Shown: positions 20,633-28,241 of the stretch, piece after piece | Numbering within the stretch: position 1 is the first letter of the stretch | Layout of the letters: every line of letters starts with the position of its first letter | DNA from: Chitinophaga pinensis | GTDB lineage: Bacteria > Bacteroidota > Bacteroidia > Chitinophagales > LD1 | DNA length: 46,305 nt | Assembly: GCA_945867505.1 (NCBI GenBank) | Contig: CAMBIM010000003.1 | Location: 1 to 46,305, forward strand | Direction: 5' to 3' | Translations under genes and position numbers: made by a program | Notes under the pieces: generated by a model | Databases searched by the model: none | Seen by the model: the letters and a program-made list of their open reading frames with translations, nothing else | What the model was told of the DNA's origin: nothing

Positions 20633-20727
20633 GGGGGTTGCCGCCTCAAAGCAGGCGGTCGCGCTATACACTACAATTTCCGCACTGCAAAGCCGATGCG
20701 GGAGATTTCCGTTCCTATCGCTAACCC
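20633..20727 (+). ncRNA. Flavo-1-like structured RNA / repeat element
   Basis: GGGGGTTG-CCGCCT..AGGCGG-TCGCGCTATACACTACAAT..TTTCCGTTCCTATCGCTAACCC: the ends pair and there are internal hairpins. It resembles my recollection of the Bacteroidota Flavo-1 motif; not confirmed by a search. Confidence 0.65.
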
Positions 20728-20861
20728 AATACAAACAGCCGAATGCAAGATGCCTCGTTCCCCGCAGGCTCTTCGGGCATATAAACCCATGTTTGATCCG
20801 CGTGGGGTCTACGCTTCGGGCCCCTACGGTAGTTGAATGCCAACCGCTAACTAGCACCCAC

Positions 20862-20900
20862 AAAAAAAGCGCGCAACAGTTTTCACCGATGCGCGCTTTT
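20862..20900 (-). terminator. intrinsic terminator of the T9SS gene
   Basis: AAAAGCGCGCA..TGCGCGCTTTT stem with a T7 tail on the minus strand, about 56 bp past the stop codon. Confidence 0.8.
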
Positions 20901-20956
20901 ATCTTACCTTCTAACAGCATGGTAGCCAGGTGCAAACCCTGAAGAGAAGGAGAGTA

Positions 20957-22417
20957 TTACTCTTTTACAATTCTTTTTACAGTTCCATTAACCGTTACAA
21001 AATACATACCTGCTGCTAAGTCAGCTACATTAAGCTGATACGAATTGGTATTATTCATTTTTTCATTTTTAATAATACGTCCATTCATATCTGCCAACTT
21101 AATTTCAAGGCTTCCGGTTGGTTCGGCTAATGAGATATTGATTTTGCCTGAAGTTGGATTAGGGAACAAATTAAATTGGGTAGTAGTTATTTCTTTTACA
21201 CCAGTGCTTGCGTTAGCGTAAAACTTAGCTGTTAAAGAGCCATAGATTGACGCACTACCTGAGCCACCTGTTTCTACATAATTCTGAGCTACTGCATAAT
21301 ACGTGTGTGTACCCGCAGTTACATCATAAGAACGAGTGTGCGAGAAGGAGTTGCCATCTATACTTGCACTTGGTGCTTCCACGTTTACGTTGTCTGCGTT
21401 GGTTCCCCAGTCTCTGACATCACTAGCTGCAAGAACAATGCGGTCGCCCAGGTCAGAATTGCAATTTCCATCAAACGTAACCAATACTTTTCCGTCTGTT
21501 GGAGCAGTTAAGGTTACCGAATCCAGAGCCACAGCATTAGTTAAAGCTACACCGGTTTTTGAAAGGCTTGTATAGCTTGCAGTAGGGCCGGTTGCAGGAA
21601 AAAATTCGGCTGACAGGTTACCATAGATATAGGCATTACCGCTACCGGCAGTATTTACGTAGTTCTCGCCTACTGCATAGTAAGTATATGCACCGGCTGT
21701 TACATCATACACTCTGGTATGTGAAAAGGGCAAATACCGAGAGTTAGCATTCGAAGATTCTACCGATACGTTGCCAGCGTTTGCTCCCCATGAAGCAGCA
21801 TTGCTTGCCGCTACAACAATTTTATCGCCTACATCGGAATGAACGTAGCCGTCAAAGTGAACGACTATTTTACCAGCAGCCGTTGGGTTGATGGTAAGCG
21901 AACCGAGATTAACCGCGGCACCTCTCAAATTTCCGTTGTAGTAAATATCCTGATTAACTACAGCAGCCGTACCAGTGGCAGGGAAAAACTCTACTGAAAG
22001 ACTAGCATAAATATTGGCTATGCCGGAACCAGCTTCTTCTACATAATTTTGACCTACAGCATAAAACGTATCGGCACCTGCTACTACGTCATAAGAACGG
22101 GTATGCGAAAATGACCGTCTGTTGGCTGCTGCATCCGGCACTAACATTCCGATGTTATCATTGTTGGTGCCCCAATAAGGTTCGTTACTGGCTGCCAGTA
22201 CAATTCGATCTCCATCATCGGCCGTAAACATACCATCAAAGTGTACCACCACCTTTCCAGCAGAAGGGAAATCAACAATCTGTTGTGATAAGGCAACCGG
22301 GGCTCCGCGCAAGTTACCCGAATACTGAATGCTTTGATGCCAAACCAACGACTGGGCTTGACTGATAACCGCAAAGAATGAAAAAATTAAAACGAGGGGT
22401 AAAATTTTTGTTTTCAT
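20957..22417 (-). CDS. T9SS type A sorting domain protein with three tandem ~125-aa beta-rich repeats
   Basis: Signal peptide; three copies of GK(V/I)vVxFDG..DxIVxAAS..WG.N..FSHTRxYDV.AG..YAV..NYV..GSG.A.IY; C-terminal LFPNPT..LAAGMYFV..KRIVKE. Confidence 0.9.
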   Translation of the reverse strand: MKTKILPLVLIFSFFAVISQAQSLVWHQSIQYSGNLRGAPVALSQQIVDFPSAGKVVVHFDGMFTADDGDRIVLAASNEPYWGTNNDNIGMLVPDAAANRRSFSHTRSYDVVAGADTFYAVGQNYVEEAGSGIANIYASLSVEFFPATGTAAVVNQDIYYNGNLRGAAVNLGSLTINPTAAGKIVVHFDGYVHSDVGDKIVVAASNAASWGANAGNVSVESSNANSRYLPFSHTRVYDVTAGAYTYYAVGENYVNTAGSGNAYIYGNLSAEFFPATGPTASYTSLSKTGVALTNAVALDSVTLTAPTDGKVLVTFDGNCNSDLGDRIVLAASDVRDWGTNADNVNVEAPSASIDGNSFSHTRSYDVTAGTHTYYAVAQNYVETGGSGSASIYGSLTAKFYANASTGVKEITTTQFNLFPNPTSGKINISLAEPTGSLEIKLADMNGRIIKNEKMNNTNSYQLNVADLAAGMYFVTVNGTVKRIVKE

Positions 22418-22576
22418 GTGAATAGTTTTAATGATTTAATTAATAATGCACAAACGTTGATTTTTGCTGGTGAAACACTGCTGATAAATAACAGAATAGG
22501 AGATGATAATGCTCACCCCCACAGAAGTAAAACAGTGGCTTAAGCAAAAAGAATGAAAGCAACCCTTCCTTCTCCG

Positions 22577-22606
22577 CAGGGTATTCCGGCATTACGGAAT
22601 ACCCTG
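22577..22606. repeat. GC-rich 12-bp perfect inverted repeat
   Basis: CAGGGTATTCCG-gcatta-CGGAATACCCTG, extendable outward with imperfect pairing. Confidence 0.8.
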
Positions 22607-22648
22607 ACGGAAAGAGAAATTCTTTTATCAAAGCACTATAACAGCTAT

Positions 22649-22858
22649 AACAATGCTGTTTTAATTAATAACAATATTGAAAGGAATTAAAGCAGTATAG
22701 TTATTGCCTAAAACACTATTATTTTATATAAAAACAATAGTGTTTTAATTCATTTTATAGTTGTAATAAATAATAACAACGCTGTTATTATTTATTACAA
22801 TGTTGTTTTGTTTTGTAGCAATGCTGTTATTTTATAAAACAACATTGTTATATATTTG
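22649..22858. repeat. ten phased degenerate 21-bp units with quasi-palindromic core AACAAT(A/G)(T/C)TGTT
   Basis: Units start at 22649, 22670, 22691, 22712, 22733, 22754, 22775, 22796, 22817 and 22838, with no indels. Confidence 0.85.
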
Positions 22859-22932
22859 GGCATCTTGTTTATATGCAAAAACGTGCTTTCTTTTGCAATA
22901 GTTGCTCTATTTCTTGACCCAACTAAGCGTTT

Positions 22933-23604
22933 ATGATAATAAGCCGGTGCAATCGAAACTATCACCGAATGAAAATTCAAGCTCGCGGGATATTTGCCAG
23001 CGGAGTGTTGGAATCTTATTTCAAAAACAAACCCCCGTTTACAGCACCGGTTATGCAGGAAGCCGACTTTAAAAACCTACTTAAAAATTACCACAGCACC
23101 TATTCCGATTACGCTAACGGAGGAAAGTTGAATAAAGGCGAATGGATACAGGCGCAGAAAGCGTTAATACAAGGGCTGGATGATATAGCTGATGATGTAG
23201 ACGAAATAGCCAAGGGGGATGAAAATGTTGTAGAAAAAGGAGGCTTTCAATCCATTAAAACATTCCGTTCAGATAAAGCTGAACCTGCTACACCTATAGT
23301 TGAATGGATTGGCCGCGGAGCCGATGGACAGCTACTTACGCGGTGCAACATGCTGGGGCAGGATGTGTATTATGGCTGCATATTAACGGAGGGCGAACCG
23401 CTGCCCCAGGGTATGCAAATGCAAAACGGCTGCATCAAAATTTTGCAAGGGCTTACTTTTGCTATTTACTTAGAAGAGAATAAGTCGCGCAAAAAATCTT
23501 TCATCCATTTGACGTCTGGCACGCGCTACTATGCGTATTTTTTTGCCCGCAACAGTGCCGGTGTAAGTTCATTAAGCGAGCCCAGAAGTATTATCTGCGG
23601 ATAG
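22933..23604 (+). CDS. hypothetical protein, N-terminal helical bundle plus C-terminal Fn3-like beta-sandwich
   Basis: 223 aa, no signal peptide; ends LTSGTRYYAYFFARNSAGVSSLSEP, the typical Fn3 F-G strand pattern. Confidence 0.75.
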   Translation: MIISRCNRNYHRMKIQARGIFASGVLESYFKNKPPFTAPVMQEADFKNLLKNYHSTYSDYANGGKLNKGEWIQAQKALIQGLDDIADDVDEIAKGDENVVEKGGFQSIKTFRSDKAEPATPIVEWIGRGADGQLLTRCNMLGQDVYYGCILTEGEPLPQGMQMQNGCIKILQGLTFAIYLEENKSRKKSFIHLTSGTRYYAYFFARNSAGVSSLSEPRSIICG

Positions 23605-23637
23605 GGTAGGGATTAGGCGATGTAACAAAGTGACAAT

Positions 23638-23684
23638 TACAATGCAAACAGCCGAAGAAATTCTCTTCGGCTGTTTGCATTGTA
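23638..23684. terminator. 21-bp perfect inverted repeat between convergent genes
   Basis: TACAATGCAAACAGCCGAAGA-aattc-TCTTCGGCTGTTTGCATTGTA; no long U tail. Confidence 0.7.
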
Positions 23685-23764
23685 GATCCCCTCCCGGGGA
23701 AATTGAAGATTCGATAATTGCTTTATAAATAATCAGTGCATTATCATTTTGTGGTATTAATAGT

Positions 23765-25039
23765 TCACCAACACTTACCATACAATTTATGGGCTTCCTG
23801 TTCTAATACTTCCCTATGCATGGGGTGCGCAATACTGATGAGCGCCTTAGCGCGTTGCGCAATATTTTTTCCGTAAAGGTCAACTGTTCCGTATTCCGTA
23901 ACCACATACTGCACATGTGCACGGGTAGTTACCACACCGGCACCGGTTTTAAGGGTGGGTGTAATTTTAGAAATACCTTTTGCGGTTACTGCCCCCAAAG
24001 CAATAATGGGTTTGCCGCCTTCGCTTAAAGCAGCACCACGCATAAAATCCATTTGCCCGCCTACGCCACTAAAAATTTCGGTGCCAATGCTATCGGCACA
24101 AACCTGACCGGTCAAATCAATTTCAATAGCACTGTTAATGGCGGTTACCTTTTTGTTTTTGCGGATAACCGAAGTATCGTTTACGTATGCCACATCCAGC
24201 ATGGCTATTTCGGGGTTATCATGTATAAAATCGTACAGCGCACGGGTGCCCATAGCAAAGGAAGAAACAATTTTACCCGGGTGCTTGGTTTTTAGCTTGC
24301 CGTTAATTACTCCGCTATTTACCAAAGGCAAAATGCCATCACTGAACATTTCGGTATGCACGCCCAGGTTTTTATGGTGGGTTAAAAACTGCAATACCGC
24401 GTTGGGTATTCCGCCAATGCCCATTTGCAGGCAGGCTCCGTCATCTACCAATTCAGCTACGTTTTTGCCAATGGCAATTTCCACTTCACTTGCAGCAGTT
24501 GCAGGGTATTCATGCAGGGCATCTTCGGCATATACCGCAGCGGTAATTTTTGATTGATGAATAAAGCTATCGCCCAAACTGCGCGGCATGTTCGGATTAA
24601 CTAGTGCAATAATTTTACCGGCTACTTCGCAAGCCGCAAGCGCTATATCCACAGAAATGCCTAGCGAACAGAAACCGTGCGCATCTGGCGGACTTACCTG
24701 AATTATGGCCGTATCAATAGGGTATTTTCCCGAGCGGATGAATAAAGGAATTTCGCTCAAAAACATAGGAATGTATTGCACGTTTGTTTCACTGACATGC
24801 TCGCGTATGTTCCTACCCACAAAAAATGCGTTTACCCTAAATGCCTTAGCATAAGCAGGGTTGGCATATGGTGCAGTGCCTTCGGTGTGCAGATGGGTAA
24901 TTTCAACATCGATCAGCTCCTGATGGCGCGCGGTAATTGCATTTACTAAACGTTGCGGAGCGGCTGCACCGGTATGTATATATACGCGTTCGTTACTCTT
25001 GATAATAGCTACGGCTTGTTCGGCTGTTATATAATTCAT
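23765..25039 (-). CDS. acetyl-CoA hydrolase/transferase (4-hydroxybutyrate CoA-transferase family)
   Basis: LQMGIGGIPNAV, VHTEMFSDG, SGVGGQMDF, VVTEYG. Confidence 0.93.
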   Translation of the reverse strand: MNYITAEQAVAIIKSNERVYIHTGAAAPQRLVNAITARHQELIDVEITHLHTEGTAPYANPAYAKAFRVNAFFVGRNIREHVSETNVQYIPMFLSEIPLFIRSGKYPIDTAIIQVSPPDAHGFCSLGISVDIALAACEVAGKIIALVNPNMPRSLGDSFIHQSKITAAVYAEDALHEYPATAASEVEIAIGKNVAELVDDGACLQMGIGGIPNAVLQFLTHHKNLGVHTEMFSDGILPLVNSGVINGKLKTKHPGKIVSSFAMGTRALYDFIHDNPEIAMLDVAYVNDTSVIRKNKKVTAINSAIEIDLTGQVCADSIGTEIFSGVGGQMDFMRGAALSEGGKPIIALGAVTAKGISKITPTLKTGAGVVTTRAHVQYVVTEYGTVDLYGKNIAQRAKALISIAHPMHREVLEQEAHKLYGKCW

Positions 25040-26037
25040 CTTGTTTTTTGTTTTTTATACCACGCCACGGTGCGTTTAATGCCTTCTTCAAAACCTACCT
25101 GTTGTTTATACCCTATTTCGCGTTGCGCTTTGGCAGAAGAGAAATGTAAATGATGCGTAGATGTATTGACAATATAAGTGCTGATAAGCGGCATCTGTTT
25201 GCGCAAAAAAAGAAAGTGAATTAAATCCATTACAAACCCTACCGGCATAAACAGAAAAGATGGAACAGCAGTAAGCTTGGGTTGAATGTTCAACTCTTTG
25301 CCAAACAACTCCAGTAGATTTTTTAAATGAAGATACGGAGGCTCGTAATCAGCAATAATGTAGGTATTGCCTGCCGCGTTTGGGCTTACACCGGCACATA
25401 GTAAACCATAAGCCAGGTTTTCGGCATACACATAACCAAGTTTTGATTCCCCATCGTTTACATATCCCATTAGCTTTCCATTCTCCAACCGTTGCAACAT
25501 TTCTCTGCTCGTTATTCTATCATTAGGTCCGTAAATATTAAAGCCCGGGCGAATGATGACGGTTTCAATTTTATCCTTAAACAATTCAAATAGCTCTTCG
25601 CATTTCACCTTTGATAAGATATAAGGTCGTGTAAACAATCCCGGTTTCATCAGCGGTGTTGCTTCATCGGCATTTTCAAAATTATTAAACCCATGCACCA
25701 CCAGCGAACTCATATACACCAATCTGCGCACCTTACTCTTTATGGCTTCTAGTATAAGATTCCAAGTGCCACAATAATTCACTTTTGTAATATCGTTGTT
25801 CCATGCCAGCGAAGGAAGAGCCGCTAAATGAAAAACAACTTCTACATCGTTCAGCAAACCATGTAGCGTATCCGGTTTGGTAATATCAGCATATACAATT
25901 TCGCAATTCAATCCTTCAAGATTCGATAACTCAGTACCGGGCAACACCATGGCTTTAGCGCTATGGCCTTCGCGCAAAAGCAGTTGAGTAAGGTTACTTC
26001 CTATAAAACCATTAGCACCGGTAACTAAAACGTTCAC
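25036..26037 (-). CDS. NAD-dependent epimerase/dehydratase (3-beta-HSD-like SDR)
   Basis: GTG start at 26037 gives MNVLVTGANGFIG; VFHLAA, YILSK, IRPGFNIYGP. Confidence 0.9.
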   Translation of the reverse strand: MNVLVTGANGFIGSNLTQLLLREGHSAKAMVLPGTELSNLEGLNCEIVYADITKPDTLHGLLNDVEVVFHLAALPSLAWNNDITKVNYCGTWNLILEAIKSKVRRLVYMSSLVVHGFNNFENADEATPLMKPGLFTRPYILSKVKCEELFELFKDKIETVIIRPGFNIYGPNDRITSREMLQRLENGKLMGYVNDGESKLGYVYAENLAYGLLCAGVSPNAAGNTYIIADYEPPYLHLKNLLELFGKELNIQPKLTAVPSFLFMPVGFVMDLIHFLFLRKQMPLISTYIVNTSTHHLHFSSAKAQREIGYKQQVGFEEGIKRTVAWYKKQKTR

Positions 26038-26042
26038 AATAG

Positions 26043-26801
26043 TTAAAAGAATTTTTGTGGTAGAAGATGAAGCCAATGCAGGGTAAACAGGTCGATGAAA
26101 ATATTCATGATAAAATGAATAGCCATGCCATACCAAATAGAATTATAGCGAAATGCCACATAGCCAAACACAGGCCCGAAAGCAGCCGCAGCAGAAATTT
26201 CGGGTGTCGGTTTGCCTATATGAAACAATGTGGTCAACACCGTTTGAATCAGAATAATGATGATAATCTCTTTTGTTCCCGCCTTCTCACTTTTCAAACC
26301 AAATTGTAAATATCCGCGAAAGAAAATTTCATACGCTATAAAGTAGAACAGATAAACCGATTGATAGGTAACAAAAACACTCCAACTTGTTCCAATCAAT
26401 TTACTTAACGGATATTCCGATTGAATCAACGGGTCGTGTGAGGAGAAATAGGTGGAAGCAATAACAACAGGATAAGCCACCGCACAAATCAATAACGCCT
26501 GCTTGTTGTAATTCAAACGCAAACCAAGCGAGGAAAAATCTTCTTTCAGATAATATTTAGTAATTAGATAGGGAAGCAGCCAAAACAATAGCACGGTTAT
26601 TGTAAACTGATAAACATATTGCCAAAGGTCGAGCCATTTGTCTCCGTTGCCAAACAGTTGATGAAACACCACTAGGTCTTTGGTATAAGCTCCTTTGTTG
26701 TTATACCACAAAGCCACAAACCAGTAAACAAAGGTAATAAGCACCGAAGAAAGTAGAACAGTAGTTCTTCTTTTTTGCAGAGAAGCGTAGGTTTGTTGCA
26801 C
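26043..26801 (-). CDS. CPBP (Abi/CAAX) family intramembrane metalloprotease-like protein
   Basis: YEIFFRG, LFHIGKP and MAIHFIMN motifs; multi-TM. Confidence 0.85.
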   Translation of the reverse strand: MQQTYASLQKRRTTVLLSSVLITFVYWFVALWYNNKGAYTKDLVVFHQLFGNGDKWLDLWQYVYQFTITVLLFWLLPYLITKYYLKEDFSSLGLRLNYNKQALLICAVAYPVVIASTYFSSHDPLIQSEYPLSKLIGTSWSVFVTYQSVYLFYFIAYEIFFRGYLQFGLKSEKAGTKEIIIIILIQTVLTTLFHIGKPTPEISAAAAFGPVFGYVAFRYNSIWYGMAIHFIMNIFIDLFTLHWLHLLPQKFF

Positions 26802-26831
26802 GGGCTAAAAGTAAAGGAAATAATTTCCGAA

Positions 26832-28232
26832 TCAGAGGCTAACCTCCTGATGTAATTCAGGAATCTCTACATCAGCAAATCCTTTTCTCATTAATTTGCT
26901 TCTGAAAGTTTGCTGCACATCATACTCTCCGTGCACAAGAAATAATTTCTTTATGGCTTGTGGATTTTGGCAGGCAATAAACTGACATAAATCTTCGTAA
27001 TCACCGTGTGCGCTCATGCTGCGCATTACCTCAATTTCTGCCCGCACTTCGTAAGGCTCACCAAAGAGGGTAACATCTTTATAATTGCGCATTAACTTTC
27101 CTCCAAGCGAGCGTGGTTCGCAATAACCTACAATCAAAATAGTATTTCGTTTGTCGCTTATTACATTTTTGATGTGGTGCTTTACTCTTCCTGCATCAGC
27201 CATGCCCGATGCTGAAATGATTACGCATGGTTCTTTGCGTTCGTTCAAGGCTTTCGATTCTTCTACGTTTTGTATGTAATGCAAACGTTTGAAATCAAAT
27301 GGTTCTTTATCGCGTTCCAGAAACTCCTGAAATTTTTTGTTGAGTTCTGACTGATGTTTTTTCATCACCGCTGTAGCCTCTACCGAGAGCGGAGAGTCTA
27401 CAAAAAAGTCTATTTCCGGTAAAGCCTTTGAAATTTCTAATCGGTTCAGCGCATAAACCAGTTCCTGTGTTCTTCCCACACTGAATGCAGGAATAACCAG
27501 TTTCCCTCTTTTCTTCAAGCAGGTATTTACAATGGCTTCCAGCAATTTATTGTCTTTCACAGCCATATCTTCATGCAAGCTGTCTCCGTAGGTTGATTCC
27601 AAAATCAGGTAATCGGCTTGCGGAAAAACTTCGGGTGAGCGAAGCAACTCATCGTTGTATCTGCCTACATCGCCACTAAAAGTTAAAGTGGTTTCCTTTT
27701 TGTCATCACTAATTTTCAAATTAACTACTGCACTGCCAATGATGTGACCTGCATCAGTAAAACAAAACGAAACGCCTTCTTTCAAAACTTTCTTTTGGTT
27801 GTAATTCACTAACTCAAAATGTTTGAGTGCATTGTGTACATCATTTTCTGTATAAAGTGCTTCAAAAGCAGATTCCCCACGCTTGGCTCTTTTTTTATTA
27901 TGATAAAAAATGTCCTGTTTTTGTATGTGAGCAGAATCGAGCAGAAGAATTTTGCTTAGGTCATAAGTTGCAGGTGTGCAGAATACTTTCCCTCTATAAC
28001 CTTCGGCAATCAGTTTCGGAATCAAACCGCAATGGTCAATGTGCGCATGAGATAAAATCAGAAAATCAACTTCATTTGGTTCAAACCCCCAATCGCGATT
28101 CAGGCCGTCCGCTTCTTTCGGGTTGCCCTGAAACATACCGCAGTCCAATAAAATTTTTGTACCGTCATTTAATTCAAGAAGATGTTTGCTACCGGTAACC
28201 ATTCGCGCAGCACCGTGGAAAGAAATTTTCAT
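26832..28232 (-). CDS. metallo-beta-lactamase / beta-CASP RNA-processing nuclease
   Basis: LLDCGMFQG, SHAHIDHCG, AGHIIGS, ESTYG, PAFSVGR, SAHGD, VHGE. Confidence 0.93.
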   Translation of the reverse strand: MKISFHGAARMVTGSKHLLELNDGTKILLDCGMFQGNPKEADGLNRDWGFEPNEVDFLILSHAHIDHCGLIPKLIAEGYRGKVFCTPATYDLSKILLLDSAHIQKQDIFYHNKKRAKRGESAFEALYTENDVHNALKHFELVNYNQKKVLKEGVSFCFTDAGHIIGSAVVNLKISDDKKETTLTFSGDVGRYNDELLRSPEVFPQADYLILESTYGDSLHEDMAVKDNKLLEAIVNTCLKKRGKLVIPAFSVGRTQELVYALNRLEISKALPEIDFFVDSPLSVEATAVMKKHQSELNKKFQEFLERDKEPFDFKRLHYIQNVEESKALNERKEPCVIISASGMADAGRVKHHIKNVISDKRNTILIVGYCEPRSLGGKLMRNYKDVTLFGEPYEVRAEIEVMRSMSAHGDYEDLCQFIACQNPQAIKKLFLVHGEYDVQQTFRSKLMRKGFADVEIPELHQEVSL

Positions 28233-28241
28233 ACTGATTAT

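Noticed and set aside
20565-20942. ORFs 20565-20942 (+) and 20606-20935 (-)
   Set aside because: They run through GC-rich hairpins and a terminator and lack protein-like features.
22649-22858. CRISPR array interpretation of the 21-bp repeats
   Set aside because: The 12-bp cores are degenerate, the 9-bp linkers are far too short for spacers, and there are no cas genes in the window.
22795-22980. 61-aa minus-strand ORF overlapping the array
   Set aside because: It overlaps the start of the plus-strand gene, and the frame hits repeated stops inside the array; probably spurious.
26043-28232. Abi-domain protein plus MBL nuclease as an anti-phage system
   Set aside because: CPBP/Abi is a general membrane protease family, and both genes sit in a metabolic operon without other defence hallmarks.
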